A stretch of 24,526 nt of DNA from Rhizaria sp. SCN 62-66. Taxonomy: Eukaryota. Position numbers and translations under genes: made by a program. Shown in pieces: positions 9,166 through 21,291 of this stretch. Where the stretch lies: positions 310,001 through 334,526 of the forward strand of contig MEDY01000004.1 of the NCBI GenBank assembly GCA_001724265.1, read 5' to 3'. Within the stretch, counting starts at the first letter, position 1. Every line of letters begins with the position of its first letter. Below the pieces are notes generated by a model. The model saw only the letters and a program-made list of their open reading frames with translations. It made no database searches and was not told where the DNA came from.

Positions 9166-12100
9166 ATGGAAGCGGACGCGTTTCTACGCGCCGGGCCCTC
9201 CTCCCCCGAGCTGTCGCCGATTATGGGGCCGCAACAACCACCGCGCTCCGTGATGGCGCCCTATGTTGACGCATCATCCTCGTCTAGCACCCCTGCATCC
9301 CATCCCATGCACGCGGTTGTCTCCCACACCCAAGCAGCTCCCTCTTTTGCCTATTCCGCTCCCGCTGCAGCAGGGGCTCCTGTGAGCCCACAACGCACCT
9401 TCGCCGCCACATGCAAAGATTTAGGTCTCACTGACGACGAGTTTGAAGTCCTGGCGTCGATTTTGACTTCTGCAGAGCGCGAACGCGACCGCACAGTTGC
9501 CCTCCTATCCAGCCATCTCTTGTCCAACAATGCAGACAGTAGCCGGCCCAGTAAGCCCTCATAGCTGCCGCTCACGCTTGCCGGGCTTGCCGCGAGCCAC
9601 GCGCGCGTGGTGACAGCGCCCGACGGTTTATGGGCCGGCAAAGACGCTGCGCGTGAGAGCTTCTATCTCCCCTTGCTATTGCACATGTGTTCAGCCGCTG
9701 ACGCGTTCGCGACGCCGACCCCGGCGCAGCAGCGGCGCCTGCGGCAGCACCAGCACCAGCACGGGCTGCCCGCTGAACCCGGGCTGGCTGCGCACGCGCT
9801 GTGGACGACGCTGGAGCTGGCTTGGACCGCCTGCCACCCCGCGCGGGCGCTCGCGTGCTCGCTGCACGCCTCGCGCATGCTCACGCACACCTTCGCGGGC
9901 TGGCAGGAGGCGTTCGCGGACGTCACGCCGCCGCACGTGCTCGCTGCGCTTAGGGCCGCGCCCGCCGTTGCCGCGCTCGCGCGCACCGCCGGGGCGCTGC
10001 GACAGTGGCAGGGCTGGCTGCAGGCCCGGCGCGCGCGCGCCGCCGCTAAAGCAGCTGCCGTCGCCGACAACGTCGTGGCCGACGCGCTCGCCCACGAGCG
10101 CCGGCTGCGCCGCGTCGTTACCGCGCTGAAGCAGGAGGCCGCGGACGGCGCCGCGAGGGACGCCCGCGCCGCCGCGGCCGCGCGCGTGGGGCTGCTGCGC
10201 CGCGCCGTACGGGGCTGGGCCGAGCGCGCGCGCGACGGATACGAGCGCGCCGCCTGCAAGGACGCCGCCCGGGCATTTGCGCGGCGCAGTGCGCTGGCCC
10301 GGGCCGTGTCGCGCCTTCGCGCAGGCCGTAGCGCCGTCCTGCACGCCGGCACTGCGACTGGCGCAGCTGGTGATCACGGCAAGGACTCCGCGCCGCTCTC
10401 GCAGTCAACTGTAGCCCGTGCGAGACGCCGCGCTTTACCCCGCGCGCGCGCCGCTGCGGCAGCTGAAGCCGCTGGTGTTCTTGCCGATCGACGCCGGGCC
10501 CGCGCAGTAGCGCAGTGGCGTGCTCAGGCGCAGCAGGATGCGGCTGCTCGCACGGTACGCGCGCGCCACACAGCATTAACCGACAAACAGCTCGCTTCGG
10601 ACGCGCTGGCGCGGTGGCGACATAAAGCTGCTGTGGCACGCGCAGCACGGGCGCTGGCGCGGCGTGCGGCGGCAAGGCGCGCGCTGTTGCGGTGGCACGG
10701 TGCTGCGGGCCCCATGTCCCCCGAGAACGTCGCGACAGCAGCGGCGCGTGCAGTCCGCTGCGGCCGCGAGCGCGCGATGGCCGTGTGGCGTCAGGTTGTC
10801 GCGCAGCGCAAGTGCTTTCGTGACGCGACAGCGCGGGCAACGGCTGTTGTTGACGCGGTAAAGGCCAGGACCGCGGTCCGCCGGTGGGCGCGCGTCGCAG
10901 TCGGAAGAGCGCTGCTCAAGGCGCCGCTCGGCGCGTTTTCGCGCCTGTCGCCCGCACACACCGCGCTCGCCACTTTGCCACAGCTGCCAGGCGCAGCAAT
11001 CGCGAACGAGAGCGCGGCATGCGCGTTTGCGGGCCTGCGTGCGGCGCGTGCTCGTGCGAGCGCGAGTGGCGACTCGGCCGCGCGGCGTGCGGTGAAGCAC
11101 TGGCGGGCGCACGTGCGCGAACGGCAGTCTTTGCGGGCCGCCACGGTGGGTTTGCGCTACGTCCATGCGCTGCGTCGGCTGCGGCTTGCGGTCGAACTCA
11201 AGCGCGCGCGCAAAGCCGACGCTGAAAAGCTGCGCCAGCGTACTGCGCATGCCGCGAAGCAGCGTGCGATGGCGAGGCTGCTTGGAAACGCGGTTGCGCG
11301 GGCTGACGCGCGTGCACTCGAAGCTGAGGCCGCTGCTGCTGAGCCCGCGTTGCGGCGGCGCAGTGTCTTGGCGAAATGGCGCACCGCGGCTGCAGAGTTG
11401 CGTGCCCAGGGTCGCGGTGCTGCGCGGATTGCTGCACGCGTTCACTACAACAGCTCTCTTGCACGTGATGCCCTCGACACGTGGCGCAACGGCTACACTG
11501 CGCGCATTGCCCGGCTGCAGCAGTGTGAGGCCGCTGTGGGTGAGGCGCGGCGACGTCGTGTTGTGCGATGGGTGTTGCAGTGGTGGCAGCGCGCACTACG
11601 GGCGAAGCCGCTACTGCAAGCGCTTGCGCGCGCTGCTCCGCGCTGGGCGCTAAAGGTGCGCGCATGGCCCACTTGGGTTGCGGCGACGCAAGAGCGGATG
11701 CGGCTGTTGCAACTGGGCCGCCGCTGGCGCGCGCGACAGGCGCTGCAAAGCTGGCGCCGCCGCGCGGCTGCGGGAGTTGCGAAGGACGCTACACTCACAC
11801 CTGTGGCTGATGCGCATCGCAGCAGGACTCTGATGCACAAAGCGCTGACTGCGATGCGTGTGCGCACAGAGCAGGCCGCACGTGCAGCGGCGCTGGCAGA
11901 CGCGCACTATCGCGGTGGCGCGCGCTTTGGTGACTCATGGCGTGCGCTGTTTGCATGGCTGGCGGCCGTGTGGGCGACCCGTCACCGTCGCCGCACCGCG
12001 CAACGCGCAGCAGTCACTGCGCTTGTGACCTCCGCAGTGGGTGCCCAGCACCGACGCGCGCGCGTAGCCGCTGCAGGGGCGTTCTGGGCTGCCACTGCGC

Positions 12101-15100
12101 AACGCCACGCTGTCCGCGCACTTGCGACGTTTGCAACTGAGCGCGCCGCAGCGCGCAAGGTTGATAACACTGTTGATCAGTGCGTGATCAGGCCCTTTTT
12201 GCTCCGGCGAGCAGTTGCTGCTCTTAAGGACGCTGCTGTCGCGCGCGGATTTGTGCGCGTACGTAACGCTCGTATTGTGTTAGCTGCTCTGGCACTGTGG
12301 CGCGCGCGGACTGCGCTGCGACGCGCTGCGCGGGGTCGGCTGGCGCTGTTGGTGGCTGCGCGCGCGGAGGCGCCCGCTCGAACTGCGCTCGCTGTGTGGC
12401 GTGCGTTCACTGCACGTCGGTGTGCGGAGCGCGCTGCAGAAGACGCGTGGACCGTGCCGGTGCTTGCACTAGATGCCGCGCGCCGTAGCACGCTTCTGCA
12501 CTCTGTGTGGCGTGTGTGGCGCATGCACACTGTTGCTGCTGCGGCATGCAAAGCGCAGGCGCTGGCACGGGGCGTTGCTGGACTTGCTGCGAATGCCCAG
12601 CGCCGCCGTGCGCTGAGGGCTCGCATTGATGGGGCGCACTCTGCGGCTGCAGCCAGGCGGATGAAATTTGCAATCACCACGATTCGTGCGCGCAATATGG
12701 CGAAGAAGCAAGAGTTGAAGCACATCAATAACTGCAAAGACAAGAACAGGTTGCGCCAATGCGCGCGCGCAGTTTCTAAGTGGCGGCAGCGCTTGGTCTC
12801 GCGTGCTGACGCAGTTGATCTTACCGCTGCTGCACTTGCGTTGAACCGTAAGTTGAAGACTCGCCGGGCTGTGCGGGCATTGCGTACTTCTGCGGCGGCT
12901 CGGCTGCTGCGTTGTGCCGACGATGATGCAGTAAACTCAGTCCGCGACCTGTCTCGCGCACGCAGAGCCGTCTCGCAATGGCACGCCTGGGTGGCGACTC
13001 GCGCGCGCACTGCAACCAGCGCTGCTGCCGTCACACGTGTGCGTGTAACCGTTACTGCAGGTGCTGCTGTTGCGCACTGGCGTCGTTGGGTCGCCTCCAA
13101 CACGGCCGCACGCGCTCGCCTGAAACTCGCCTCTGCAGCGCATATGCGTGCGCAGAAACAACTTGTTGTTGAAAAGTGGTGCGGCCTGGCAGTGCGCTGC
13201 GCGGGTGAGGCATCTCTGCAGAAAGAGGCTGTTGCACATGAGAAGCGGCGTGCATTGGCATGGATCCGTGCTCGCGTGGCTTCATACAGCGTCTTTGCAA
13301 GCAAGGCTGACGCTGCGAAGCGTGCGAGCGTTGCTGCAAGGCGTCGTACTGCGGTGCGCAAGATTTCTGAGCACGCGGTCGCGCATTCCGCGCATCGTAC
13401 TGTCAGTCTTGCCGCAAGCATTTGCTTAAGAAATCTGCGCGTGCAGCGTGTGGTGGCTCACTTGCGCGATTTGTCGCACTCTAAGGCGCATTGCGACACT
13501 GCTACAGCTGCCGTTCATCGCGTGTCGCGCGTTCACAGGCTTTGTGCCGCAGTGCGCACGTGGACCCGCTGGCTGCGGCCGCGCCGCACAGCGGCTGCCT
13601 TGGCGGCTGATTCCAACTCAAAGGCTGTGCGTGAGGCCCTGGAGGTCTGGCGCGCACTTGCAACCCGTCAGCGTTGCGCAGCTGCTCTTGCAGCGCTCTT
13701 ACGCCGTCGCTCACTTGAGAGATCTATTGTTGCGCTGCAACGCAACGTTGCCGTTAAGCGCGACACAGCAACATCAATTGATCTTCATAGCCTGACAGTT
13801 TTGTCAGAGGTATTAACCTACTGGCGTGCCTCGGCTGCGCGCCGCCGCAGCGCCAAAACGGCCGCGACGGCACTTCTCGCGCAGACTACGCGGGACACGC
13901 TTGCATCTGCGTTTTCTGAGTGGCGACGTGTACGTGTTCGCGCCCAGGTGCTTCGCGGCGCACTCGCCGTTGGCCGGCGCCTAGCGCTGGGCAACATCAT
14001 GGCCCGGTGGCGCGCATGGACCAGGGCTTTGGCTGACGATGACCATGCAGTTGCGCAGTGGGCCGTAGCGACAGGCGCTGCACTGCCGCTCTCGGTACGC
14101 CTGCGCCGCAGAACTACAATGCGCTTCCATAACAGTGTCAGTAACGATTTTAATTATGAATACGCCAACGATCAAAACACCTCTCCCGCTTTGTCGCCGT
14201 TGCGGCCACTGCGCTCACTCTCGGGTGACTTTAACGACGCTGAGAGAGTGAGAGTTGCTGAGGATGGAAGCCCGCTGCATGTGTTACCGCTGCTGCGGAC
14301 ACCGTCGCCCACGGTGCTGCACACTCAGTACATTCCTTCGTATGGCAATACTCGCATGTCACATCAGCGTCGCTTTTCGTTTGAGCGCGTTATGGCGCGG
14401 CTTCATGAACACCCAGGTGGTCCACCCCCGCGTGCGCTGCTTGCAGCTAACGTGTTGCGCCGCATCTGTCATCCGGAAGCCACGGTTGCGTTTGCTGCAT
14501 GGCGCGAATGGACCCGTGCACAGCGAGGACGCGGAGCCATGATGCATGTCGCCGTGCTCCGTGACCGCACAAACGTGCGTGCTGAGGTGCTCGCGCACTG
14601 GCGATACGCTGCACGTGAGCAGCGCGACAATACGCGCGCTGGTAGTCTGTTTGTCCGCAACGCACAACATCGCGGACTTGCCGCGCTGCGTGACAGGGTG
14701 TTTGCGACAAGTGTAACCGAGCGCGCAGCAAGCTTCAATGGAACGCTTGCCCTGATCCGCGCGACCAACGCTATTGCCACACTGCACAAGCTTGTGGTGC
14801 GGAGAAAGACGCGCGATACAGCGACTGCAGCTGCGCGCGCAAGCGCACTGCGCCGTGGCCTGAACGCGTTGCGTGTGGCCAGACTCGAAAGGCAGCGCCG
14901 TCGTGTTGAGCGTGCTCTGGCAGTGCAGTGTGTCCGCACGCGTGCGTTGCGGCTCTGGTATCAGCATGTTGCGATTGTGCGTGCTGTGCGTGAGCGTCGC
15001 GCTGCCGTTGGTGGCGCGCTGCGTATTACGACCATTCAGAGGTTGCGCTTGTTGGTGCGTGCACGTAAAGACAAATCTGCTGCGCATAAACTTGCTAAGA

Positions 15101-18100
15101 CTGTGGTCCGTGCGCGCGTCATCACGACGCTCATGCGTCATGTGCATGGCCGTCACGAGGCCCGTGCGCGCATTGCCACCGCAGTTGCGCGGTGGCGCCG
15201 TATTTCTGCTAAGCGCGCTGTTAACGCGCTTTGTGAAAACTTGAGTGTGCGCAACGGACGTGAAGCCGCTTGTGCCACTGCGGTGGCTCATACTCGGCGT
15301 AACTGCGAGCGTGATGCTCTGCGCACATGGCTCGCTGCCTTGCGTGATCGCAGCAACGAACGGGCGCTCGATACTGCCGCAGCTGTCCATGCGGCGCGCT
15401 CTGCATGCCGCCGTGTTGTGCAGGCGCTCCAGCTGAACGTTGAGAGGCGGCGTGAGAAGGCGCTTGCCCGCAAAGTTGCTGCCCAGAACGCGTGCGTGCG
15501 GGCTGTAACCGCCCTGGCACGCGCTGCCCGTCGCGGCGCCGGGCTCAGCGCTGCTGCACGCGCGGGCGCGGTGCTGTGGGCACGCTGGGCGCTGCGACGC
15601 GGCATGAGCGCTTTGATGGCAGTGCGTGTGGCTGCGCACACGGAGAGGCTTGTAGTCGCTGCGCGCAGGCACAGTGCGCTGCAGCGTCGCTGGGAAGACA
15701 ACACAGCGAATAGTACGCGTACGGTTCATGCGGTCAGCGGAAATACGCATCACAACACTGCAGATCATACTTTCACGCGCTCTACTCGCTTTGCGCCAGG
15801 TGCTAGTCTCGCCCGCACGCATCATCAAAACAGTGGAAGTTTGACTGACAATCAGGATGATGACTTAGAAGACGCTCTTTTTGGCCTGCCGCCTCTGCCT
15901 CTGCCACGTGTTGATGGAGGACTGCTTGCGGTTTCCGCTGTGCGTGGCACACGCTCGTTGGCTGCCGCGCAGCTCGATCCGCTGATTGCGTCTCTTCGTG
16001 TGCGCGCAGCAGTGAACCGGTGGCGTGCTTTTGTGGCCCGCCGCGCGCCTCGCCGCGCCGCGCGTGTTGCTGCGTCTGCATCTTCCGCAATCGCTACCCT
16101 ACGTGCGCACCGCGCCGTATTGGCTTTGCGTTGCCATGCCCAAACTCTCATTGCGGCCCGTGCCTTCCGCTCGCGCGCTGACGCCCGCACTGGTGTCGCT
16201 GCACTGCAAGAACATGCGTTGGAGCGCCGCCGTGAGCGTGCCGCCGTCACGCTTACACACGCGCGCGGGGCGCTGCGGCTGTGCCGCACTGTGCTGCTGT
16301 TGTGGGCACGCCAAGCTCTGGCATCGCGCGTTCTACGTGTTGCAGCAGGCGCTGTTATTGGCGCACGCGAGGGTGCGCACACCCGGCGCGCCGCTGCACT
16401 CTCTGTGCTGTTGCAACGCGCGGCTGCTGGTCGGCTGCTTTCTCCTGCGGTTGCCGCTGAAGACGCCACTGACGCGCGGCCGCAGCTGCACTTGCCCCCG
16501 CATGGCCGCGCACTTACGCTGACTCAAGAGGCCCGCGCGCGCCGCGCCGCACGCGCAGTTGACTCCGCGCTTGTCGCTGCCGGGTGCGCTGTAAGCAGCC
16601 CAATCACTGAAGACACTCCTGTTCTGACCTGGGAAGACGCCTTTAGTGGAGACGCGGGGGCTACTGGTGCTGACACTGACACGACAGTGTTGTTGCGTAC
16701 CCCCGCACACAGTGCGATTACGGGCGCTGCAGCTGCAGCAGCTGAGGCGCGTGTGCGCTGGCACCTCCGTCGCGACGTGCGTTCCACAGCCATCTCCGCA
16801 TGCGCGCGCATTGGTGCTGCAAATGAGCGCGGTGTGTGGGTCTCTGTGCCCGCGCATGCTACAACCGTATTCCAAACCGCAAGCGATGTTGTTGAAGAGA
16901 ACTCAGACGCAGGAAGTAACTCCGGTGCTGGTGCTGTTGTTGTCTTTGACGCGACCGCATTAGCCCGCATTGCGTGGGACGCCTGGCGCGCTGCGCTCGT
17001 ACGCGCGTGTTTGCTTTCGGGCGAGGCTGATGTGCACCGCCGCAACCGTAGTACGGTGCATGCTGTTGCTGCGCTACGTGCAAACATGGTTGCCACTGCG
17101 CGTGGACCCGGTACAACCACTGCTGCCCGTCGCGTGCGTCGACACAGTTTAGCTACAGGAGCTGCGATGCACAACGCGAAGGCATTTCAGGCACGGGGAC
17201 GCGCGGCCGGGTTTGTTCGCGCACTTCAAATCAACCGCGGCGAGTCCCAGCGCATTAAGGCTTTGTGCCGCGCAGCTGTTGCGTTTGCACGTCAAGCGGC
17301 TGGTCGACGTGTGTTATCAGCGCTTCGAGTAAGTGCTACCGCGAAGCGTCGCGAAGCTGCAACCGTTTCCGCGGTGCAATCGTCGATTGTAGTGGCCTCG
17401 TCCTTGCGTGATGCTTGGTGCAGCTGGCGTGGGGCTCTTGCCGCACGACGCAAGCATGTAGCCGCAGCTGATGCATTTGCTGCGGCAGTAGGCTGTAACA
17501 CTATTCGTGTGTGCTTCAGTCACTGGCGCACTGTGCTCGCAGGGCAACGCGAGTGTGAGGCAAAAGAGCGTGCTGCGGCGGTGCGTGGTGACCGCTTAGT
17601 CTCAGTCGACGCGCTTCGGTCGTGGCGCAACCAGGCCCGTGAGCGCACGCTAGATCGCGCTCAGCGTGCGACAGCGCTTTCACGTGACAGGCTTAGCGCG
17701 CTGCGTCGCGGCGTTCGCGCATTGCGAGGCGCAGTAGTCCGCAGCTGCACCAATAATGAGCGTTCTACCGCGCACTTTACTGCGGTCACCGCGCCCCGCG
17801 CTGCTGCTCGTGCAGTGCAGCGTTGGCGCGTGTTGGCCACAATCGCAGTCCGCGACAGGTTGGCGACGCTTGCAGTGAACGCACAGCAGCGTCGCCGGGC
17901 CACAGCCTCCGCACGCACAGTTTTGTTTGCTTGGTACCGTGCGATGCGTATTCAACGCGCGCTGTGCACTATCAGCAACGCAACAGAGCGAGTTGTGGCT
18001 CGGCGCGCGTTGACGCATTGGCGTTGCTTTACCGAGCGCTCCTGCACTGACTTAGCTGTCAAGCTGCATTAGTCGCACCTTGCACGGCGTGGAATCCGTG

Positions 18101-20910
18101 CGCTTGTGGCTCGACTAGCCCGCGCGCGCGCCGACCGCAATCTACACGCGCGCGCACTCGCCTTTGCTGCTGTGACCGGTCGCCACCTCCAACTTGCGCA
18201 GGCAGTGCGCTGCATTCAATCGAACGCCGCGCGCCGCAAGGTGCATTCTGTAGCCGTGGTCGTTGCGGGGATTCACTATCACACAAAGCTCGCGCGTGAT
18301 GCAGCCGCGGTATGGCTTGCGCGCACGCGGGAGCGTATGCACGCGGCCCACGTTGACGCCGCGCTTAATGCGCATGCAGAACAGCGGATGACGCTGCGAC
18401 GTGCATTTGGCGCGTGGAAGCTCGCACGCGCCGCGCGGGCTCGCGCCCGGGAGACAACTTTGCGGCCCGTGCTCTACCAGTGGGTGCAATTGACTGCGGC
18501 CGCGTGCCATCACCGTGCCCGCGTCCCTGGCGCCGCGCAAACTGCGATGAAAGAAGTTATTGCGGCCGTCAAGCGCTCGCTGCAGGCCAAGGCGTTATGC
18601 GCCGTCGCGCGGAAGCGCATGATAGGACTGCGGCTATTTCAATGGAGGGTCAGCGCTGGGCTGCAGCGCCGCCAGCGCGCGGAGGCTGAGGCGAAGGCGC
18701 TTGTGCTACAAACGCGGCGCGCGTGGGGCGTCTGGCGCGCGGTCTTTGCTCGGGTGCGTGACTTGACGTCCGCGTCTAGCACTATTGCGACAGGCTTCCG
18801 CAGGGCGCGCGCACGGGCGGCGCTGCGTGCGTGGACTGAAATGGCGCAACGCAAGCGTTTATTGTCGCTTCTTGAGCGTGCATTTACCCAGCAGCGGCTT
18901 GCCGCGCGCGCGTTATTTGTATGGCGCGGCGCGACGCTCACCGTGCAGGCCGAAGACGGTGCGCGCGCGGAGGCTGCAATGGCACTACGTGAGAGGCTCG
19001 ATGGTAAGCGGGCCGCGCGGGCCGTGGCTATGCTGCAGCGCAACGCGCGTGAGCGTCATAACGGACGCGCGCGTGAGGCCGCAGCGGATGCGATGCGCGC
19101 TGCAGCATTACGGCATCGGCATCTTTCGCAATGGCGCAAGCGCACGCTGCGTGCGCTGGCGGAGCGCGACGGTGACAGTGATAGCGATTATGGCGCGGCT
19201 GTGAGGACGCATCCTGGTGTCCTGGCGATGCGCACTGCGGCACTGCTGACAGCGGGGCGACCTCGTGCGCGGGCGTTAGCTCGGCTTGAAGCCACAGTGA
19301 CTGAAGACGATAACTCTAGCACTGTGGAGAACTATGAGAACGGCGTTGACTCGAATGAGAGTGTGATGATGGCGCAATCTCGCCTCGGCAACACGAATGG
19401 CTACATCGCACCGGCTCATAGTCAGTACGGTGGTGCGAACAACCGCAGTGTTGCCGGCCGCGGACCTTTGGGTCTCAGCATGCTTCGCTCGCCCTCCCAC
19501 GCCCTCAACAACAGCACGCCTCATAACAATGGAAACTCTAGTGTTGCCAATGGGCGCAGTAATTTCAACCCTGCTCTTAGTGCTCTACCCGACCCCGCCT
19601 TTGCGTCATCTGCCTACAATACGCACAATACCACGAACGCACACGTTAAACCTAGCAGTAACGAAAACGTCCTCAGTTTCAGTCACTCTGCCCACGGCCA
19701 TTTACTGAACGGGTCACAGGGCATCGCCCCGCATTCGGGCGCCCTCGCTCGTGAGCTTGGCGCTGCTCTGCCGGAGCCAGCAGTGCGCCGCGAGTCGCGC
19801 GACCGTTTCCCGCTGTCTTCCGCAAACATCAGCAGCAGCAATGCGATGGCGACGAGCTCAGCTGGGCTGAATGGCGGAGGCGCTAACAGCGAGTTTGGAC
19901 TCGGGCTGGGTTCGCTGCGCAGGCTCGCGTTGGCAGGCGCCCGTGCTGCTACAGAGGCTGCGCCTGCTGCATTCGTTGCGCGCTCGCTTTCTCCCCACAG
20001 CACCAGCAGCCACGGCCGCAGCGGTACGCACAGTGGCCCGGCTGTGGCTGCAGTGCTTTCGAGTCATCCTGTGGCCGGCTCCGCGGCGGCTGCTCTCGCG
20101 GCCGACCGCAACCGTGGCGTAGCGGCGCGTGCAGACGCGATAATTTTGCGCGATTACAACAGCTATGGCGGCAACATCAGCAACGGTGACACAGATAGTG
20201 CCGTTGTGAGCATTATTGCCGCTGCCGACAACAACACTGTGAACGTGAACGCGGGCCCTGTGAGTAGTTCCTATCGTGTGAAGGAACGTGTGCGCGAGAA
20301 TGACCGTGAACGCAAAGATGCGGCGCTGGGCTTTGTGTGGCCGAGTCCTGTCGCCAAGGGCGGCTCTGCAGCAGCGTTAGCTCGGATCACCGCTGGCGAC
20401 GCTGCTGCGGGTGGTAGCGCGATTATGACGACGCCTGTGCGCGCTGTGCGTGGCTCCGTGTTCGCAGGGCATCTACACGGACAAGTGTCACCTGTGTTTG
20501 CGCCCGTTGGTGCTCATGCGCATGCGCATAATGCGCTCGCCTGGGCCGTCCAACGGCAGCGGGGTCATGGCACGAACGCCAGCGTTGACGACGATGTTGA
20601 GGACGCGAACGATCCTATTTACAACGACCACCCCTATCAGGTTGACGGCCACCACGGCCACGAGGTTGGCGACAAACACATCAGCGTTGGCCCGAGCGGG
20701 CATGAGGAGTGTGAGCACGACCGTGACCGTGATCGCGACCGTGAAGGTGAAGGTGAGCAGACGCTGCTGCCGATCGTCGCGGAGACGCACACTCAACGTT
20801 CACACACACAAACGCCACCACGAGGCCCCGGGCGCGCAGGGAACTCGGCCAACGGCGCACCCGTGGACCGCACGTTGATGTTGGAAGATCTGACGATGGG
20901 TCAATTGTAA
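9166..20910 (+). CDS. SFI1: Giant Sfi1-like (centrin-binding repeat) protein, about 3914 aa, read as one frame containing two in-frame TAG codons (9562-9564 and 18070-18072)
   Basis: ORFs 9166..9564, 9607..18072 and 18106..20910 are all in frame 1, and the gaps 9565-9606 and 18073-18105 are open in that frame. The 9607 and 18106 starts are GTG rather than ATG. Dozens of Ala/Arg-rich helical repeats end in Trp, e.g. ARVHYNSSLARDALDTWR, TLASAFSEWRR, TIRVCFSHWRT, TLRRAFGAWKL, matching the Sfi1 pattern A-x7-L-x4-F/W-x2-W-K/R. The C-terminal tail is disordered, and the frame ends at TAA 20908-20910. Confidence 0.75.
20719..20757 (+). repeat. Hexamer-based microsatellite encoding DRDRDRDREGEGE in the Sfi1-like tail
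   Basis: gaccgt gaccgt gatcgc gaccgt gaaggt gaaggt gag. Confidence 0.7.
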
Positions 20911-21291
20911 CTATATGCGCGAGATAGGGCTTATAAGACTTCTTTCGGAGAGCGTGAAATAGCATGAAAAGAAGGGCTTGAGTGTGGTGGCGGAAAAATG
21001 AATCAGAAGCACACTGAAAAGAGATTGCTAGGACCGTTATCTTAGAACTTGAAATTAAACAAAATACATACTGATATAATACATTATCGTGAGAATATCT
21101 TCTTTTAGTGACATTGTGACGCGCAAAGTGAGAGAAATATCAAAATGGTGGCTACTGTCAAAAGTTAAGCCGCGCTGACAGAAGGAGAGGGCCAAGTTGG
21201 CTTCGATTTCAACACGTCTTGCAGAGCCTATTAACCGCCAAAATCGACAAAGAGTCTATAGAAGCTGTTGTTACAATTTAATCTATAAACC

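Noticed and set aside
9551-9564. 14-nt mini-intron gtaagccctcatag ending at the first TAG
   Set aside because: The length is not a multiple of three, so it would frameshift the downstream 8.5-kb frame.
9607-18072. Treating the 2821-aa ORF and the 934-aa ORF (18106..20910) as separate genes
   Set aside because: Both starts are GTG in a eukaryotic context. There is no intergenic spacer, the frame is the same as the neighbouring ORFs, and the repeats continue across the junction.
18058-18072. 15-nt mini-intron gtcaagctgcattag that would remove the second TAG in frame
   Set aside because: The donor is poor (GTCAAG), the well-supported introns here are 129-136 nt, and removal would shorten an otherwise well-spaced repeat. 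It is not formally excluded without RNA data.
9653-20965. Numerous alternative-frame and antisense ORFs within the Sfi1-like gene
   Set aside because: These are expected in very GC-rich coding DNA, and the Arg/Ala/Cys-rich translations have no domain signal.
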